Below are positions 12,020 to 27,400 of a stretch of DNA of 64,000 nt, piece by piece. This DNA comes from Eledone cirrhosa (taxonomy: Eukaryota), in assembly GCA_964016885.1 (NCBI GenBank), contig OZ024740.1, forward strand, positions 21,328,001 to 21,392,000, written 5' to 3'. The notes below the pieces were generated by a model. It made no database searches. It had not been told where the DNA came from and saw nothing but the letters and a program-made list of their open reading frames with translations. Each line of letters starts with the position of its first letter. Positions within the stretch are counted from its first letter, which is position 1. Made by a program: the position numbers and the translations under genes.

Positions 12020-14628
12020 TAACAGAGAAAACACAGGTAAGCATTAAGAGAAGGATTTTATCCAGGTATTTACGACCGTTTCATTGGTAAGTGCAACCTT
12101 ATATTGCTATACTGCAAATAGCAGCCACTCAATTATAATTGTTGTTCACAGTCCAAATTTTCAAAATAGTGAGTAAGTTACTCTTGAAATAGTTCTTAAT
12201 ATATAGAGAAAAACATTTTTGGGGGAATTGTATTTACTAGTATAGAGAGAGAGGAATTAGAAGGTGAGGGGACAGACGGGATAGTATAGAGAGAGAGGAA
12301 GGGGGAAAGTTAGGAAGTGGAGTGACAAACTGAGATGGAGGGAGGGGTAGAGGTGGAAGGATTCCTTGATCAGTTTTGATATGTAGACTTCATGTCGTGG
12401 AATGTAGTGAGTTAAAGAGAATTAAGTTGATCATAGTGGGAGGGATGGATAGAGAGAGAGAGGGGGGGGGGGATAAAGAGATAAATATATATATAAAAAA
12501 ATAAAGATAAATATAATAATGACAAAAATAAAAGCAAAGAAAGGGAGAGAAAGAAGAAAAGAAAAGATTGCGAAAAAGGGGAGGGAAGGAAGGAAGAAAA
12601 CGAAGAAATAGAAGAGGAATGAAGGAGAAGGGATGGATATAGGTATTGGTTTTTGTGGGTAATTAAAAGATACAATAAGAGGGTATAAAGTCTAAGTATA
12701 TGCAGTTTGTCAGTTGGTAGTAAGAGGTTAAGGGTTCGATTTGCACTTGTAGTGCGAAAACTTCTCTTTGAGTCTATGGTTACAATAAATCGATCTTTCG
12801 ATTTTATTGTTGAGTAACTTATTCTTCGAACTCAAAATGTGGAACAGCTCAAGGTCCCATAATCGACAGCTTCTCATACCACTCCGATATGGGGGCGCGT
12901 TCGATAATTTTTCCACTTCAGGGTATATTGATGGTTACTTTCCCTCAGTTGCCAGGTCTTGTTTGCAAGGGTAGTTACATAACGATGCTGGGAATGATTC
13001 ATTGCGTAACGGTGTGTATACCAACGGGCTTTAAATGTATTCCCAGTCGCTCCGATGTAATACCATTTCTGGTCGTCTGATTCCACTGTGCATTGGTAAA
13101 CCAGGTTAGACTGCATACATTCATTATGTAATGGACAGGTTTCAGGTAGGTGGCAGTTACAATTCTTGTCATGGGCAACTTTGGCATTATTGGTGGGCTG
13201 CGATGCCTGTACAAGTGTGTTACGTTTTGTTTGCCTATTAGTGGGTGGTTGTGTATTAGATATTCTGTTGTGTTCAATGGCGATTGTATTGTTAGTGTTG
13301 TAAATTTGTGTTCTGGTGTTGTTATGTATCTTTTTAGCGTTAAGCATCTTAATGTGTGCCTCTATATTTGGTGCCGTGGAGTAAGATAGTCTAATAGATT
13401 AGTGTTAAGGATTTTGCTGTATCTATGTGAATCTGGAAAGTGCTTATTTATTATTCTAAAGAAGGTAGAGGGTAGGTTAGTACTAATAGAGGTGTTAAAT
13501 ATGGTGTTATACCAAATATATTTTCTACTCCGTGACTTGTTTGATTTCGATGTTATATTTCTATTTACCGTATACTTTGTAGTTCTATGCGTAAGTGCGT
13601 GTGTGGGTGTGTTTCTGAAGTTTGTGTTATGCGTGTTCGTGTGCGCTTTACGGAGGCTTTCATATATATATTCTACTCTATCTAAGTGGCCTGCCTTGTC
13701 TAATGCGGTATTGTAGTATTCTGCATGTTCCTCGAAGATTTGTCGGTTAGACGGGAGGCGGGAGATCCTAAGCGATATGCTGCGTGGAATGGATTTAATT
13801 ATGGATAGTGGGTGGTTTGAGTTACAGTTGATGTATGCTAAGTTTTCATTAATCTTGTGAAAAGGTCTTATAAGTAACACACTTGTACAGGCATCGCAGC
13901 CCACCAATAATGCCAAAGTTGCCCATGACAAGAATTGTAACTGCCACCTACCTGAAACCTGTCCATTACATCATGAATGTATGCAGTCTAACCTGGTTTA
14001 CAAATGCACAGTGGAATCAGACAACCAGAAATGGTATTACATCGGAGCGACTGGGAATGCATTTAAAGCCCGTTAGTATACACACCGTTACGCAATGAAA
14101 CATTCCCAGCATCGTTATGTAACTACCCTTGCAAACAAGACCTGAGGGAAAGTAACCGTCAATACACACTGAAGGAAAAAAAATTATCGAACGCGCCCCC
14201 ATATCGGAGTGGTATGAGAAGCTGTCGATTATGTGACCTTGAGCTGTTCCACATTTTGAGTTCGAAGAATAAGTTACTCAACAATAAAATCGAAAGATCA
14301 ATTTATTGTAACCATAGACTCAAAGAGAAGTGTTCGCACTACGAGTGCAAATGGAACCCTTAACCTCTTACTACCAACTGACAAACTGCATATAATTAGA
14401 GTTTATATCCTCTTATTATATCTAACCCCTTTATTTACCCACAAAAACCAATACCTATATCTTTCCCTCTCCTTCATTCCTCTTCTATTTCTTTTCGTTT
14501 TCTTCCTTTCTTTCCTCCCCTTTTTGGCTATCTTTTCTTTTCTTCTTTCTCACCCCTTCTTTGCTTTTATTTTTGTCATTATTATCTTTATCTTTATTTT
14601 TTATATATATATTTATCTCTTTATATCT

Positions 14629-14697
<69 letters not shown>

Positions 14698-15255
14698 ATC
14701 CCTCCCACTATGATCAATTTAATTCTCTTTAACTCACTATATTCCACGACATGAAGTCTACATATCAAAACTGATCAAGGAATCCTTCCACCTCTACCCC
14801 TCCCTCCAATTCAGTTTGTCACTCTACTTCCTAACTTTTCCCCCTTCCTCTCTCTCTCTCTATACTATTCCGTCTGTCCCCTCACCTTCTAATTCCTCTC
14901 TCTATATACTAGTAAATACAATTCCAAAAAAATGTTTTTCTCTATATATTAAGGACTATTTCAAGGACTATTTTGAAAATTTGGACTGTGAAAAACCCCT
15001 TATAATTGAGTGGCTGTTATTTGTAGTATAGCAATATAAGGTTGCACTTACCAATGAAACGGTCATAAATACCTGGATAAAATCCTGCTCTTAATGCTTA
15101 CCTGTGTTTTCTCTTTTATACTTTATTCTCCAAGATTGAACGGAATTCTTACAAACTTGTGGAGTTACTCCTAACCGTACGTTGAAACCATCAATGAAAC
15201 TGGCTTTCTTAACCACGAACTGGATCACAATAAGCAATTTTCTACTTCCCTAACT
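12020..15255. mobile_element. Penelope-like element fold-back (RT thumb plus GIY-YIG remnant)
   Basis: Minus arm 12020-13872 (SNHP, CNCHLPETCPLHNEC, LVYQC, YYIGATG); plus arm 13876-15115 duplicates the 3' ~1.2 kb; in (TA)n. Confidence 0.92.
14968..15075 (+). ncRNA. hammerhead-like motif, U3-A8 core with long stem II (mirror ~12062-12180)
   Basis: TATT-TTGAAAA-T-TTGG...(~70 nt)...CCAA-T-GAAA-CGGTC(G/A)-TA-AATA. Confidence 0.5.
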
Positions 15256-15353
15256 GTATATATATATATATATATATATATAAATATTGTCAACGGTGAA
15301 GGCATGTTTACTTACTAACAAAGCGAAAAATCGAAAGATGATAGAAATACGAG

Positions 15354-15465
<112 letters not shown>

Positions 15466-15624
15466 TGCATGGGCACCAGTGCTTTGTTTTTTCTTTGTTT
15501 ATATTTTAATATCTTCAAAACAAGTGACAATTGTTTAGCTAAGAGACGAAACATCATTCTGTTGTTGATATTTCAAACAATAATAGAGTGACACACAAAC
15601 AGGATATTGAAACTTTTAATAATT

Positions 15625-16705
15625 GTTTATACTTTTGGCACAAGGCCAGCAATTGTCCCAGTGTATTACTGGTACTTTATTTTATCGACCCCTGTAAGGA
15701 TGAAAAGCGAAGTTTACCTCGGCGGGATTTGAACTCAGACCATAAAGGGACATAACTATGCCAGAAAGCATGGCGTCCGATCCCCTTTTGAAACTTTTAA
15801 TAATGACAACAAAAAATATCATCTTGTATATCTTTAACTCTGTCCCAACAGGATTCAGTGGGGGTCAACAGCTGGTATCGATATTTCAGATCAATACATT
15901 CAGCTCGTTATTAATTGGCAGTATCGGTAGAACGTTGGACAATTTGCTTTACAGCAGAGGGTTACGACCGTTTACGTTCTGAGATCAAATCCTGCCGAGG
16001 TTAATTTTGCCTTTCATTCTTATGGGGTCGATAAATAAAGTACCAGAAATGCACTGGGGTCTATTTAGTTGATTTTACTTTCCCATCCCCAAATGATTGG
16101 CCTTGCACCCTAATCAGAAATAATTATGGCGGTGGATTGGCAGTATCAGTAGAGGGTTGGAAGCCTTGCTTTCTAGCATAGTTACGTCCCTTTATGGTCT
16201 GAGTTCAAATCCCACCGAGGTTAAATTTGCCTTTCATCCTTACGGGGTCGATAAAATAAAGTACCAGTAATATATTGAGTAATTGCTGGCCTTGTGCCGA
16301 AAGTAGAAACAATTATATAACTTGCTGATAAACCGCATCCAGTTAGTTCCTGTGGTGGCTTTGAAATATTCGATTTGCCCAAATTTCACGATGTAGTAAA
16401 TATTATGATCCACAAATACTTTATATACATTTAACAGACACAATGTTTTAACTAAATTGAATATTTATTATTATTGTTGTTATTATAATTAGGGCGATGG
16501 ATTGGCATAATCGGTAGAGCGTCATACATGCTTTGTGGTATGGAGTTATGGCCTTTTACGGTCTGAGATCAAATCCCACCGAGGTTAGCTTGGCCTTTCA
16601 TCTTTACAGGGTCGATAAAATAAAGTACCAGTAATGCATTTGGGTCGATTTAATCCACTTCCCTTCACCCAAATTGCTGGCCTTGTGCCTATAGTAGAAA
16701 TTATA
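15625..16705. mobile_element. cluster of four Nin/Deu-type SINE copies (15632-15785 minus; ~15913-16125, 16128-16313, 16492-16705 plus)
   Basis: Each has A and B boxes and the GGGTCGATAAA(A)TAAAGTACCAG core; the first has TSD TTGAAACTTTTAATAAT. Confidence 0.88.
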
Positions 16706-17106
16706 ATTATTATTATTATTACAAAACAGAAAGCAGATAAATATATTCTTATTAAGATCAGATTCAGGATACAATTTCTATATAATACACTCTATGTTCG
16801 GTTTCTATAAAGTATCAGGGAATTATTTTATTTATCACATTGTAAATTTCTGTTCATGTAACAACTATTTGATGAGGTCGAAACTGTTACATAACAGTTA
16901 CCATCGAAATATATATAACAGCGTATATGTAATCAATGAAATGAGGTACATTATAACCTACTGGCTTCTACTTCATTGTTGTACCAATACTCCAGAATAC
17001 AGAGTACACAGACTTACATGTAAAGTTTGTCAGAATCCTCAATGCTGCGTACATTAACTAACAGTAGATTAACTAACACAAAATACACACCAACTATATA
17101 TATATA

Positions 17107-20100
17107 CTAGCAGCTGAGCCCGGTTGCACCCGGGGCCACTTTTTATTAAGTTAATAATTTGAAAAATATTATTGAAAGTTTAAAGAAGCAGTATCAGGAA
17201 AAAAAATAGAAATATGCACTTGGGGCTGGACGGCGTACAATGAGAAGTGGAGCGACGTGAAAAGCGTTGAGAGACGTTGAGTGGCGACGGAAGAGGAATG
17301 GCGGAAGCTTCAAAGGTGTTGTTGCAGTGCTTCTTTGTAGACAACGTTCCTAGTATTACCCGGATTACCACAAATGTAGAGATTGTGTGGACTGCTGATG
17401 CGTGAGCACCCGACGTATAGTTGACGGTGGGTAAATACCTGCTGTGTCAGATTTAGGCCAACTACTTGCAGCGACTGTTCCTGTGCCTTGTTGATACTCA
17501 TTGCAAAGCAGAGTTTTACGAGAAACTGCCATCTCGTAAAATTAAATGGGACGTCAGAGGGACTAAGGCTTAGGGGGATAATAACTTTGTCCCGCCAGCA
17601 GACGGTCCGCTCAGAGTTTTTGTCGTAAGAATTCGTGTCCCAATTTTTTTGATGATCAGACGCGTCCCGTTACATAGTTCTGGTGGTTCCACGTTTATTA
17701 GCAGCATAAATGGAACACCAACCTTCAGTCTAAGATCATGAGGTGGAAGTCCGGGAGGTTGTTGACTGTTGAGGAATTCAATCGGATAGTTGACGGCGTC
17801 GTCCTCGTTTTTGTTGGTGTCAATTGACTTGAAGGAGACTTCACCTCCTGGAATCTGATCAAGCAGGTGTTGATTCATTGCGTCAACGGTGGCATTATGT
17901 GGTGCTAAAATAGCTTTCCTTTGCAGCCAGTTGTGATCAAGGAATCGTACTTCGAGGTCTGGGGAAAACAGATGACATTAATTCCTCTATGCTTGATACA
18001 AAGTTTCCAAACGGCAGACGGATGTGCTGTTCATCAATTCCAGGTGTAGTTCCATTACCAACTTCCAGTAGCTGCTTTGAGAAATCCTCAGATTCTGCGT
18101 CGCCAAGCACTCTCATGTTAGTAGTCAGGTTTAGTTTCTGGACATACTGCCATAGGTAGGAAGACTTGATGCATGCGTTAACTTCGTCAGCTCTCGTGTC
18201 TCTAGTGATTACAGGAAGAGTTTGCCGAAAATCGCCAGCCATCAGTACTGTCGCTCCACCCATTACGTGTGAATTTCGACGCAAGTCCTTGAGAGTTCGG
18301 TCTAGAGCCTCAAACGCTGCCTTGTGACTCATTGTAGCCTCGTCCCAAATGATTAAACAGCACTCAGAAAGAAGGTATCCTTTAGAGTCTCCGCGATTTA
18401 TTCTGCAGGTAGGATTCTCCTTCTTTGCAAGGTCCATAGGCAATTGGAATGCGGAGTGTGTCGTACGACCGCCATGTAACAGTGTCGCCGCAATACCACT
18501 TGAGGCGACCGCTAAAGAAATCTGCCTGTCTTTCCGCAGCTTCGCAAGCAGTAGGTTATGAGAAAGGTTTTTCCTGTTCCGCCTGGAGCATCCAAGAAGA
18601 ATAGCCGTCCCTCATTTGAAATAACACTGGCAAGAATTCTGTCATACGCCCGTCTCTGCTCAGGCAAAAGTCTGGGTTCATCTTGAGCAACCTTATCTGT
18701 CAATTCCTCGATGTTGTAATTCAACTCAAGCATGAACTCCACATCTAAAGCACCGTCTTTATGTACAGGTTGTGGCAAACCGAATTCTAATACACCGCCA
18801 ACTCCAACAGATCTTAGACGTTTATCCATGTCAATGAGGGCGTCATTGTATACATTGGCGTTGTAATGAAAGTCATCCGCTGGTGCCCTTCCTCGTACTC
18901 TACGCAGGATGTCCTCTGACATGCTGTCCTTATGCGTTTCCCATAGCTTAAGTGGCTCACCGACATTGCAGAACAGTAACATATTGCAAAACAAACGACG
19001 CATTTCTCGTGGCATTTTACATTCAGCAGCTTCTGTCAATGCCATGTTCAGGTGGTCATCGTCCTCGAGTAGCCCGCGCTTCACGCAAGCCTCCCTGTAA
19101 GTGGAACAAATGTAGCCGTCTGAAAGTCTGAGGTCTGCAAATGACTTGGGTCCTTTGATTCGATGGAGCAGCATTCTCAAAACAAAGCATTCCTGTTGTT
19201 TCGGATGAACGTTGTACACATGTCCGATGGCATTACTTTTGAATACACCTGCCCAATTCTCAACTGCCTCCCCCTGTCGCCGCCGATGCCAATTTTTGTT
19301 CGACCAAGTGACGTAGGTTGGTACCTCGACGTAAAAGAGAGTAAGTGCAAACTCACCGACAGAGCAAAGCTTAAAAAATGCTATAAGAGTCGTCTCTGGT
19401 GGCTGTTGTGCAGCAAGTGTGGCATTTTAGAAGAGGGGGAAATAACTAACCCCAGTATTAGAACAGGAGGTTCGCAATGTAAGGGTTTTATTTCTTTTGT
19501 TAGAAAACAGTGACCTTTTTCGGTTTGGCATTTCGTAAAATTTTACTGCAGAATCGATCGATTTCATAAAACGGTACTGTATGATCGTTATAGAAGTATT
19601 TAAATTATAGAGCAACTGTAATTGAAAAATGAAAATGAAACGTACTGTTGAAGGCAACAGTTTATTAACAGCGAAATAACGTTGTCTTTGATATGTTATT
19701 TTAAATAAAACAATGAATATTAAAAAACAACTGAATTAATTAACTCGGCAACCAAACGGCTTAGAGATCCCATTCATTAAGTTTACAATGAATATTTAAA
19801 AAAAACTGAATGAATTAACTCGGCAACCCAAAGGCTTATAGATCCCATTCATTAAGTTTAAATGCATGTATTCTTTAAACTTTTCACTTGACTTTGAAAA
19901 ATACTACTTACTGTTAGTGGTGGTTAACATGTATTAGAATTAAAATAAAAATGATATCGGAAAAAACGTACCTGAGAACACGCCTCTCTTCTTCGCAATT
20001 TAAGGGTTTTATTTCTTTTGATGGAAAACAGTGACCGTTTTCGGTTTGGCATTTCGTAAAATGGTACTGCAGAATCGATTTCATAAAACGGTACTGTATG

Positions 20101-20440
20101 TTAACAGCAAAAGAACATTGTGTTTGATATGTTATGAAAAAATTGTTGAGTTTAAAAATGTGTATGAAATTGTAAATAAGACAATGAATATTGAAAGAGA
20201 CTACGGAAAATAACTCATCCAAGTATTAGAACAGGGAGAAATAACTCACCGAAAGCGATAGTAAATAGACCGTTTTGGGGCCCTAGGGACCACAATTTTC
20301 AAGTTAGAGATTTGAAACCTCGTCTATTTGCTTCCTTGGCACTTTTTACATAGGTGTGTAAATTTTCATGTCCTTCCAACCACGTCTATTACCATTTAAC
20401 CGTGCACAACTGAATTTCAACCACCACCCATTTCACAAAT
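17107..20440 (-). mobile_element. Helitron, internally deleted (Rep domain not seen)
   Basis: The minus-strand 3' end has a CCCGG-TGCAA-CCGGG-type hairpin, then CTAG (17107-17110) and T; Pif1 helicase remnants; the 5' end merges into (TA)n. Confidence 0.9.
17310..19430 (-). pseudogene. Helitron Pif1-family helicase, frameshifted
   Basis: LRMLLH..GPKSFADLR, Walker A FLDAPGGTGKT, IIWDEATM, AGDFRQTLPVI, LCNGTRL, MSINKAQ, VFTHRQLYVGCSR spread over four ORFs. Confidence 0.92.
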
Positions 20441-20446
20441 ATATAT

Positions 20447-20529
<83 letters not shown>

Positions 20530-20532
<3 letters not shown>

Positions 20533-23500
20533 AAAGTTCTATTTAAATTGTTGGGATACAACAAGCAAATATTTTTATAACTTATATAAAGCACTCGACA
20601 AGTATTTGGAGTAAATATACGATATTAATAAATGGAAACTATATTTATAAAACCATATTTATTTCATTATACATATTTCAAGGATACCATTTTAAATTAT
20701 GGTATGCCTTCATCAGACAAAATTCAATATATACCAGTTTTATAAATAAACATTGACGTACCCTTTCAAAATGCGACCGTTACTTTTGGAAGACATCACG
20801 ATAGTGGTTTGTTTATTTTAGTAAGTCGTTGTGTTAAGGAGAAGGAAAAAGACGGAGAGAGAGAGAAACCGAGAGAGATAAAAGTGGAGAAAAGAAAGGG
20901 GGGAGATAAATAAAGAAAAAGAAGAAAGAAAAAAGAAAAAAAGAAAACAGAGAAAAACAACAGAGAGATATCAAACCACCAGACAGAGAGAAAAAATCAA
21001 GAGAGAGAAATATAGAGATAGAGAGAGGGGGAGAGAACGAAAACCTTAAGTCATGTCATATTAAGTTGAGTTAACAATTGAGATGAAATGAATAAATAAA
21101 ATTAGAAATATTAATATTCATGAATGGAATATACATATATAATATGAGAAATTAATCATTGTTTAGTTATGATTAGATATTTAGTTTAAAAATTGAGATC
21201 AATATATTAAAAATTGGAATTTAAACATTACGAAATATATATATTGCTAGAGAAATTACCTATCATATAGCACGTACATATACGCAAAAATGCATAAATA
21301 TATATATATATACACACACACTCAGAAAATACACACTATATCTACTTCCGCATATAATATATACATACAAAGCATAAATTATTATTTTTTTTTTTTTTAT
21401 TACTGCTATATATTCCTTGTGTTATTAAATAAAAAATTTTTAGTATATATATATATAAATATATAGGATTAACTTTCATGCATTTATGGCTGTTAAATTA
21501 TGGCTGTTAAATTATGCATATCTGCAATCAAATTGCATGGGTACACATGTACATATACACACACAATTCTTACATATACATATATAAACATGTGTGTGCA
21601 TCTTCACCCAATTGGTAGACATGCGTCACTCATGCATATATACAGACAGACATATATTCATAAAAATGCATACAACACATGCATATGTATGTTAATACAC
21701 ATACATACTTAGTCGTATAGAGATATGTATACATCAATATATTACATAGTACAATTGAGTATATAAAATACAAAAGGATTATATATTGGAAATATAATTA
21801 TATCAATATAATCTAAAAACAAAGGAATTCTACAAATATCAAAATATTAAAATATTTTAAAATATTATAGAATATTTTAATAATGCGCTTTTTCATCAAA
21901 TATATTCTTATTCGATGAAATTCTTGAAATTCTTTTTTTTGCTAAGTCTGCCCAGGTCAGATTTAGATGGGTATAGAAATAGAATTAAATACATCGATAA
22001 TAATAATAATATAAAAACTAACCAAAATAATAACAACTTTAATTATGGTAACAATTTTAACAACTATAATAGAAAACATTACAATAATTCCGAAAGCCGT
22101 AAAAGAAATAGAACTAGGAATATATTATAGTTCGCTCCTCCTTTCTCACTAAATATTAAAACCCCTATTGCTAAACTATTCTTTAAAGCTCTTGACAAAC
22201 GCTTCCCTAGAACACATAGATACTACACAATTTTTAATAGACATACTATAAAATTAACTTACTCGTCCACCAAAAATTTAGCGCAAAATATTAATAGAAT
22301 TAATAATAGAAATTTAAAACCTAACCAAAATACCAATAATAACCCAAGCAATATTCAATCGAATAATTGTAACTGTAGAAATAAATCCAAATGTCCGTTA
22401 AATAACAACTGCTTAGCTAAAAATGTAGTTTATAATTGTAATGTTAAAACGAATTTAAATTCATTTAATTATGTCGGTTCCACCTCCACAGAGTTTAAAT
22501 CCCGCTTCAATAATCATAAAAATTATTTTACAGATCCAAACAAAAAATCTTCAACTTCGCTATCTAGCCTATTATGGGACCTAAAACGAGATAATGTTGA
22601 ATATTCGCTGATTTGGAATATTATTTCATAAGCTACTCCTTTTAATTCCTCTTCAGAAAATTGCGATCTTTGTATAGAGGAAGTATTCTTTATATTAAAG
22701 ACCAAAAATTCCCTTAATTTAAGAAATAATTTATTCAGTTGCTGCAGACATAGATTGAACTCAACGTTTAAATATAAATATAAATTTAAAATGTAGTATA
22801 ATTAATTAAGTAATTTGGTTAATATATGAAACCTGTCGATAAATCATTAGATTCCTTCACCTTTTTCATTTTCTTTGGTTAAGTACTCAAGTATAAATAA
22901 ATTTTCTTCCTAAATATAAATATAAATATAATAAACAATTCTAGAAAAGTTTATCCTATCAATATCTTGAGTAAAATATACGTAAGATAAATTTATATAC
23001 TAAATATATTAAACATATTTTTTAACTTAAAATATTCTATAATATTTTTAAATATTTTAATATTTTGATATTTGTAGAATTCTTTTGTTTTTTAAGTTAT
23101 ATTGATATAATATTTTATTTACTTTTTATTAGGTTTATTTTTATTCTGATAGCTTCTCATAACTTTCAAAAGTTTATCCTTTCAATATCTTGAATAAAAT
23201 ATACGTAAGATAAATTTCTATACTAAATCTATTAAACATATTATTTTAACTTAAAATATTCTATAATATTTTAAAATATTTTAATATTTTGATATTTGTA
23301 GAATTCCTTTGTTTTTAGATTATATTGATATAATTATATTTCCAATATATAATCCTTTTGTATTTTATATACTCAATTGTACTATGTAATATATTGATGT
23401 ATACATATCTCTATACGACTAAGTATGTATGTATGTGTATTAACATACATATGCATGTGTTGTATGCATCTTTATGAATATATGTCTGTATATATGCATG

Positions 23501-24350
23501 AGTGACGCATGTCTACCAATTGGGTGAAGATGCACACACATGTTTATATATGTATATGTAAGAATTGTGTGTGTACATGTACATGTGTACCCATGCAATT
23601 TGATTGCAGATATGCATAATTTAACAGCCATAAATGCATGAAAGTTAATCCTATATATTTATATATATATATACTAACATTTTTTTTATTTAATAACACA
23701 AGGAATATATAGCAGTAATAAAAGAAAAAAAAAATATCATTTATGCTTTGTATGTATATATTATATGCGGAAGTAGATATAGTGTGTATTTTCTGAGTGT
23801 GTGTGTATATATATATATATATTTATGTATTTTTGCGTATATGTACGTGCTATATGATAGGTAATTTCTCTAGCAATATATATATTTCGTGATGTTTAAA
23901 TTCCAATTTTTAATATATTGATCTCTATTTTTAAACTAAATATCTAATCATAACTAAACAATGATTAATTTCTCATATTATATATGTATATTCCATTCAT
24001 GAATATTAATATTTCTAATTTTATTTATTCATTTAATCTCAATTGTTAACTCAACTTAATATGACATGACTTAAGGTTTTCGTTCTCTCCCTCTCTCTCT
24101 ATCTCTATATTTCTCTCTCCGTCTTTTTCCTTCTCCTTAACACAACGACTTACTAAAATAAACAAACCACTATCGTGATGTCTTCCAAAAGTAACGGTCG
24201 CATTTTGAAAGGGTACGTCAATGTTTATTTATAAAACTGGTATATATTGTATTTTGTCTGATGAATGCATACCATAATTTAAAATGGTATCCTTGAAATA
24301 TGTATAATGAAATAAATATGGTTTTATAAATATAGTTTCCATTTATTAAT

Positions 24351-24355
<5 letters not shown>
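20530..24355. mobile_element. Penelope-like element fold-back (AT-rich family)
   Basis: Arms ~20620-21875 and ~23265-24355; plus-strand GIY-YIG remnant at ~21915-22790 (PPFSLNIKT, CNCRNKSKCPLNNNC, VVYNC, YVGST, CDLC) with stops. Confidence 0.9.
24251..24313 (+). ncRNA. hammerhead ribozyme motif (mirror copy 20661-20723, minus strand)
   Basis: ATTTTGT-CTGATGA-A(T/G)GC-ATACCAT-AATTTAAA-ATGGTAT-CCTT-GAAA-TATGTA-TA-ATGAAAT. Confidence 0.8.
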
Positions 24356-24416
<61 letters not shown>

Positions 24417-24419
<3 letters not shown>

Positions 24420-27400
24420 ATAATAATAAAATTGAAGACTTAAATCCAAAGAGGGCTCGATAAGGAAAATATATATCAAATATATAAGAACCGTAGATCA
24501 AATATTTATTAAAATAACAGATTAAAGTTTAAGCAAAGAATCGCTGCTTTCACCCTTAACGGGATCTTCTGAAACTAACAAAGTCAATCTGTAAACGCAG
24601 AACTGGATATTTCAAAAAACGTTGCAACCGGAGGAAGACAGGAAGACGATACTTTGGTTCGTGGTAACGTTCGCTGGCAAAGAACGGGAAAAAACGAATA
24701 ATACGTCATTAATAGGAGCGGTGAAAAACAATTACGCGCAAAGACAAAACCACGTTTATGGTATAAAAGAGGTCGTAGACTAATGTTCTCTTAGGTGGTG
24801 CATAGAGACGTTCTCTGGCAATGAACGAAAAAACGAAGATAATAAGTCATATGTGGAGCGTGGAGAACAAAAGCACGCAAAGACAAAACCACGTAAATGG
24901 TATAGCAGAAGTCGTAGACTAAGATTCTAACTAGGAGACCAAATGAATCTCCGCTACAGAGTTAAGAACAAAGTAAATAAATACAATACAGAAGTAATAG
25001 AAACAAATAAATACATACACGCAAACAGATACGTACATACACAAGCATACGCAAAACCTTACCATGGGTATACAAAACCACGCACATATAAATATGTGTG
25101 TGTGTGTATGCTTGTGTACAAATAAATAAATAATTATATAAACGTATATAAGTAAATAAATACGTATATAACAAGCGCACACACATACCTACATATAAAT
25201 ACACGAATGTTCGGAGACGTAAGTCAACTAAAACAAGAAGTACACATATACACACACCCACCATACATACGAACCTGCATACTCACTCGGACGCAAAACT
25301 CCCGTATACACATAGCCAAACCCTAAATACCAGAATATGTAAAAATGATACGCCATAACAGTCAAATATACGTACGAGAATGTATACATACCTTCACAAA
25401 ACATATGGGTAATATATACTTACCTCTGCAAATAAGTAAAGGTATAAACAAAACATATACTTAGCTCCCACATCAAGACGTAAAATATCCACGTATAGAT
25501 CGTGCTATCCGTTAGGGTATAACGTGGGGCTGTAATACAGGAAAGTTTTGTGCAATTTATGTTTACAAGCCGAAATTGCCTCAGATTTTTTGTTTAAGAT
25601 GTGGTCTGTGGCGTAGAGTATTTCCAGGGCCTCAGCAGCGCAGAGGTCACATGGTCTTTTATTTCCGTTATACGATCTAGCCCTAGCTAGGATCTCCCAG
25701 TGTAACTTATATTGGGTGTGGTTGTCTTTTAGACTCCAGATATAAGCTGAAAGTGACGTCATATTCCTTCTTAGAGGGTAACGAAAGGAATGGGTATGCA
25801 TGTAAAGACGCTGCTTGAAACTATTGGCGGTTAACCCTATGTAGGCCCTACGGGACGTGGGTGTTACAACCTTACATTTGTAGACAATTGGGCTGATTGC
25901 CCCCGGATAGGGGGCAATCAGCCCGATTCCTACAATTACAGTTAGTACTAACTACAGGGTTGCACGTGTTCCTACGGCTAGGTAGTTTAGCTAAATTTGA
26001 AGCTGTGATGTTATGTGCAAGGTTAGGAGTCGTAGAGTAAGACATTTTAATAGTATTTCTATTAAAAATTTAACTATATTTATGTGTAGGGGGAAAATGC
26101 TTCGTAATAAGGGAAAGAAAGATCTTAGCTAATGGTGTGGCCACCTCCATATTATATGGTGGGTTAAACGAACAAATGCGACGGGATCTATTTCTTCTAG
26201 GTCTATTTTCATACTCTGTATATGCTACCTTATCGACAAATCCACTTCGAGCAATAGCTTCATTGTAATAAGTGGAATGGTCGTTGAAAATGCGCTCGTT
26301 TGTGGAAAGACGGGAAAGCCTCAAAGAAACGTTTCTTACCAGGTTCTTGGTTATGCTGGCAGGATGGTTGGAATGCTTACTTATGTAATTAAGCGTATCA
26401 TTCGGCTTTCTATACGGGTAATACAACCCATTCAATAAATTGAGGGTAATGTCGAGGTAATTAACGACCGAGAGATTGGCCTCAACCTGTATAGAGAGGT
26501 TGAAGCCTTTAAAGAAGGCTGTGAGTTCTTTTCTGAACCTGTCGCAAGCACGAGGTCCGCACTTAGTCATGGTCAAAAGACCATCGTCACGGTACAAACC
26601 ACCGCCCGCGTTGGGGAATTCGTCCTTGATAGAGAAAAGAAGGAAAAGGCCAATAAGATCAGTAACCTCCGCAGAGGCACTGGCGCCCATACTCACGTCG
26701 AATGGGGTACTATTGGATTTTTTAATCCAAATAGAGTCGTCGAAATTAATCACCGACTTACGGGCATTGAGGATGACATCAACTTCAAAATCCTTAACCA
26801 CTGTGAGTGTTTTAGCGAAATTGATAGCTCTAAGGAGAAGTGGTAAAGTGATGGAGGAGTAGTAATTGTTGATGTCGAATTGGATAAAACGGCAATGTTC
26901 CTTGTTACATATGCCGTTGAACCAATAAATCACCGCGAAAGAATTGTTCCACAGTGCGAGAGGGGCCAAACTTCTAATTTCAGGTATAATTCTATCAAGA
27001 ATCGTTTTACTAAGTCTACCTAAATCGGACTTCGTAGGGTTAATAAGCCGAATAGAGGGGTTGTTCGGAAAATTGGATTTGTGATCCTTCAGGGTAAAGT
27101 GGGGAGAGATAGGGTCTAGAGGTTCGGTCCGGTCCAGGATGTTGAGATCAGATGTGATTTTTATGTGTGTGCGCTTGTTATATACGTATTTATTTACTTA
27201 TATACGTTTATATAATTATTTATTTATTTGTACACAAGCATACACACACATATTTATATGTGCGTGGTTTTGTATACCTATGGTAAGGTTTTGCGTATGC
27301 TTGTGTATGTACGTATCTGTTTGCGTGTATGTATTTATTTGTTTCTATTACTTCTGTATTGTATTTATTTACTTTGTTCTTAACTCTGTAGCGGAGATTC

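Noticed and set aside
17310-19219. Host PIF1 helicase gene
   Set aside because: Intronless, frameshifted and bounded by a Helitron hairpin and CTAG end.
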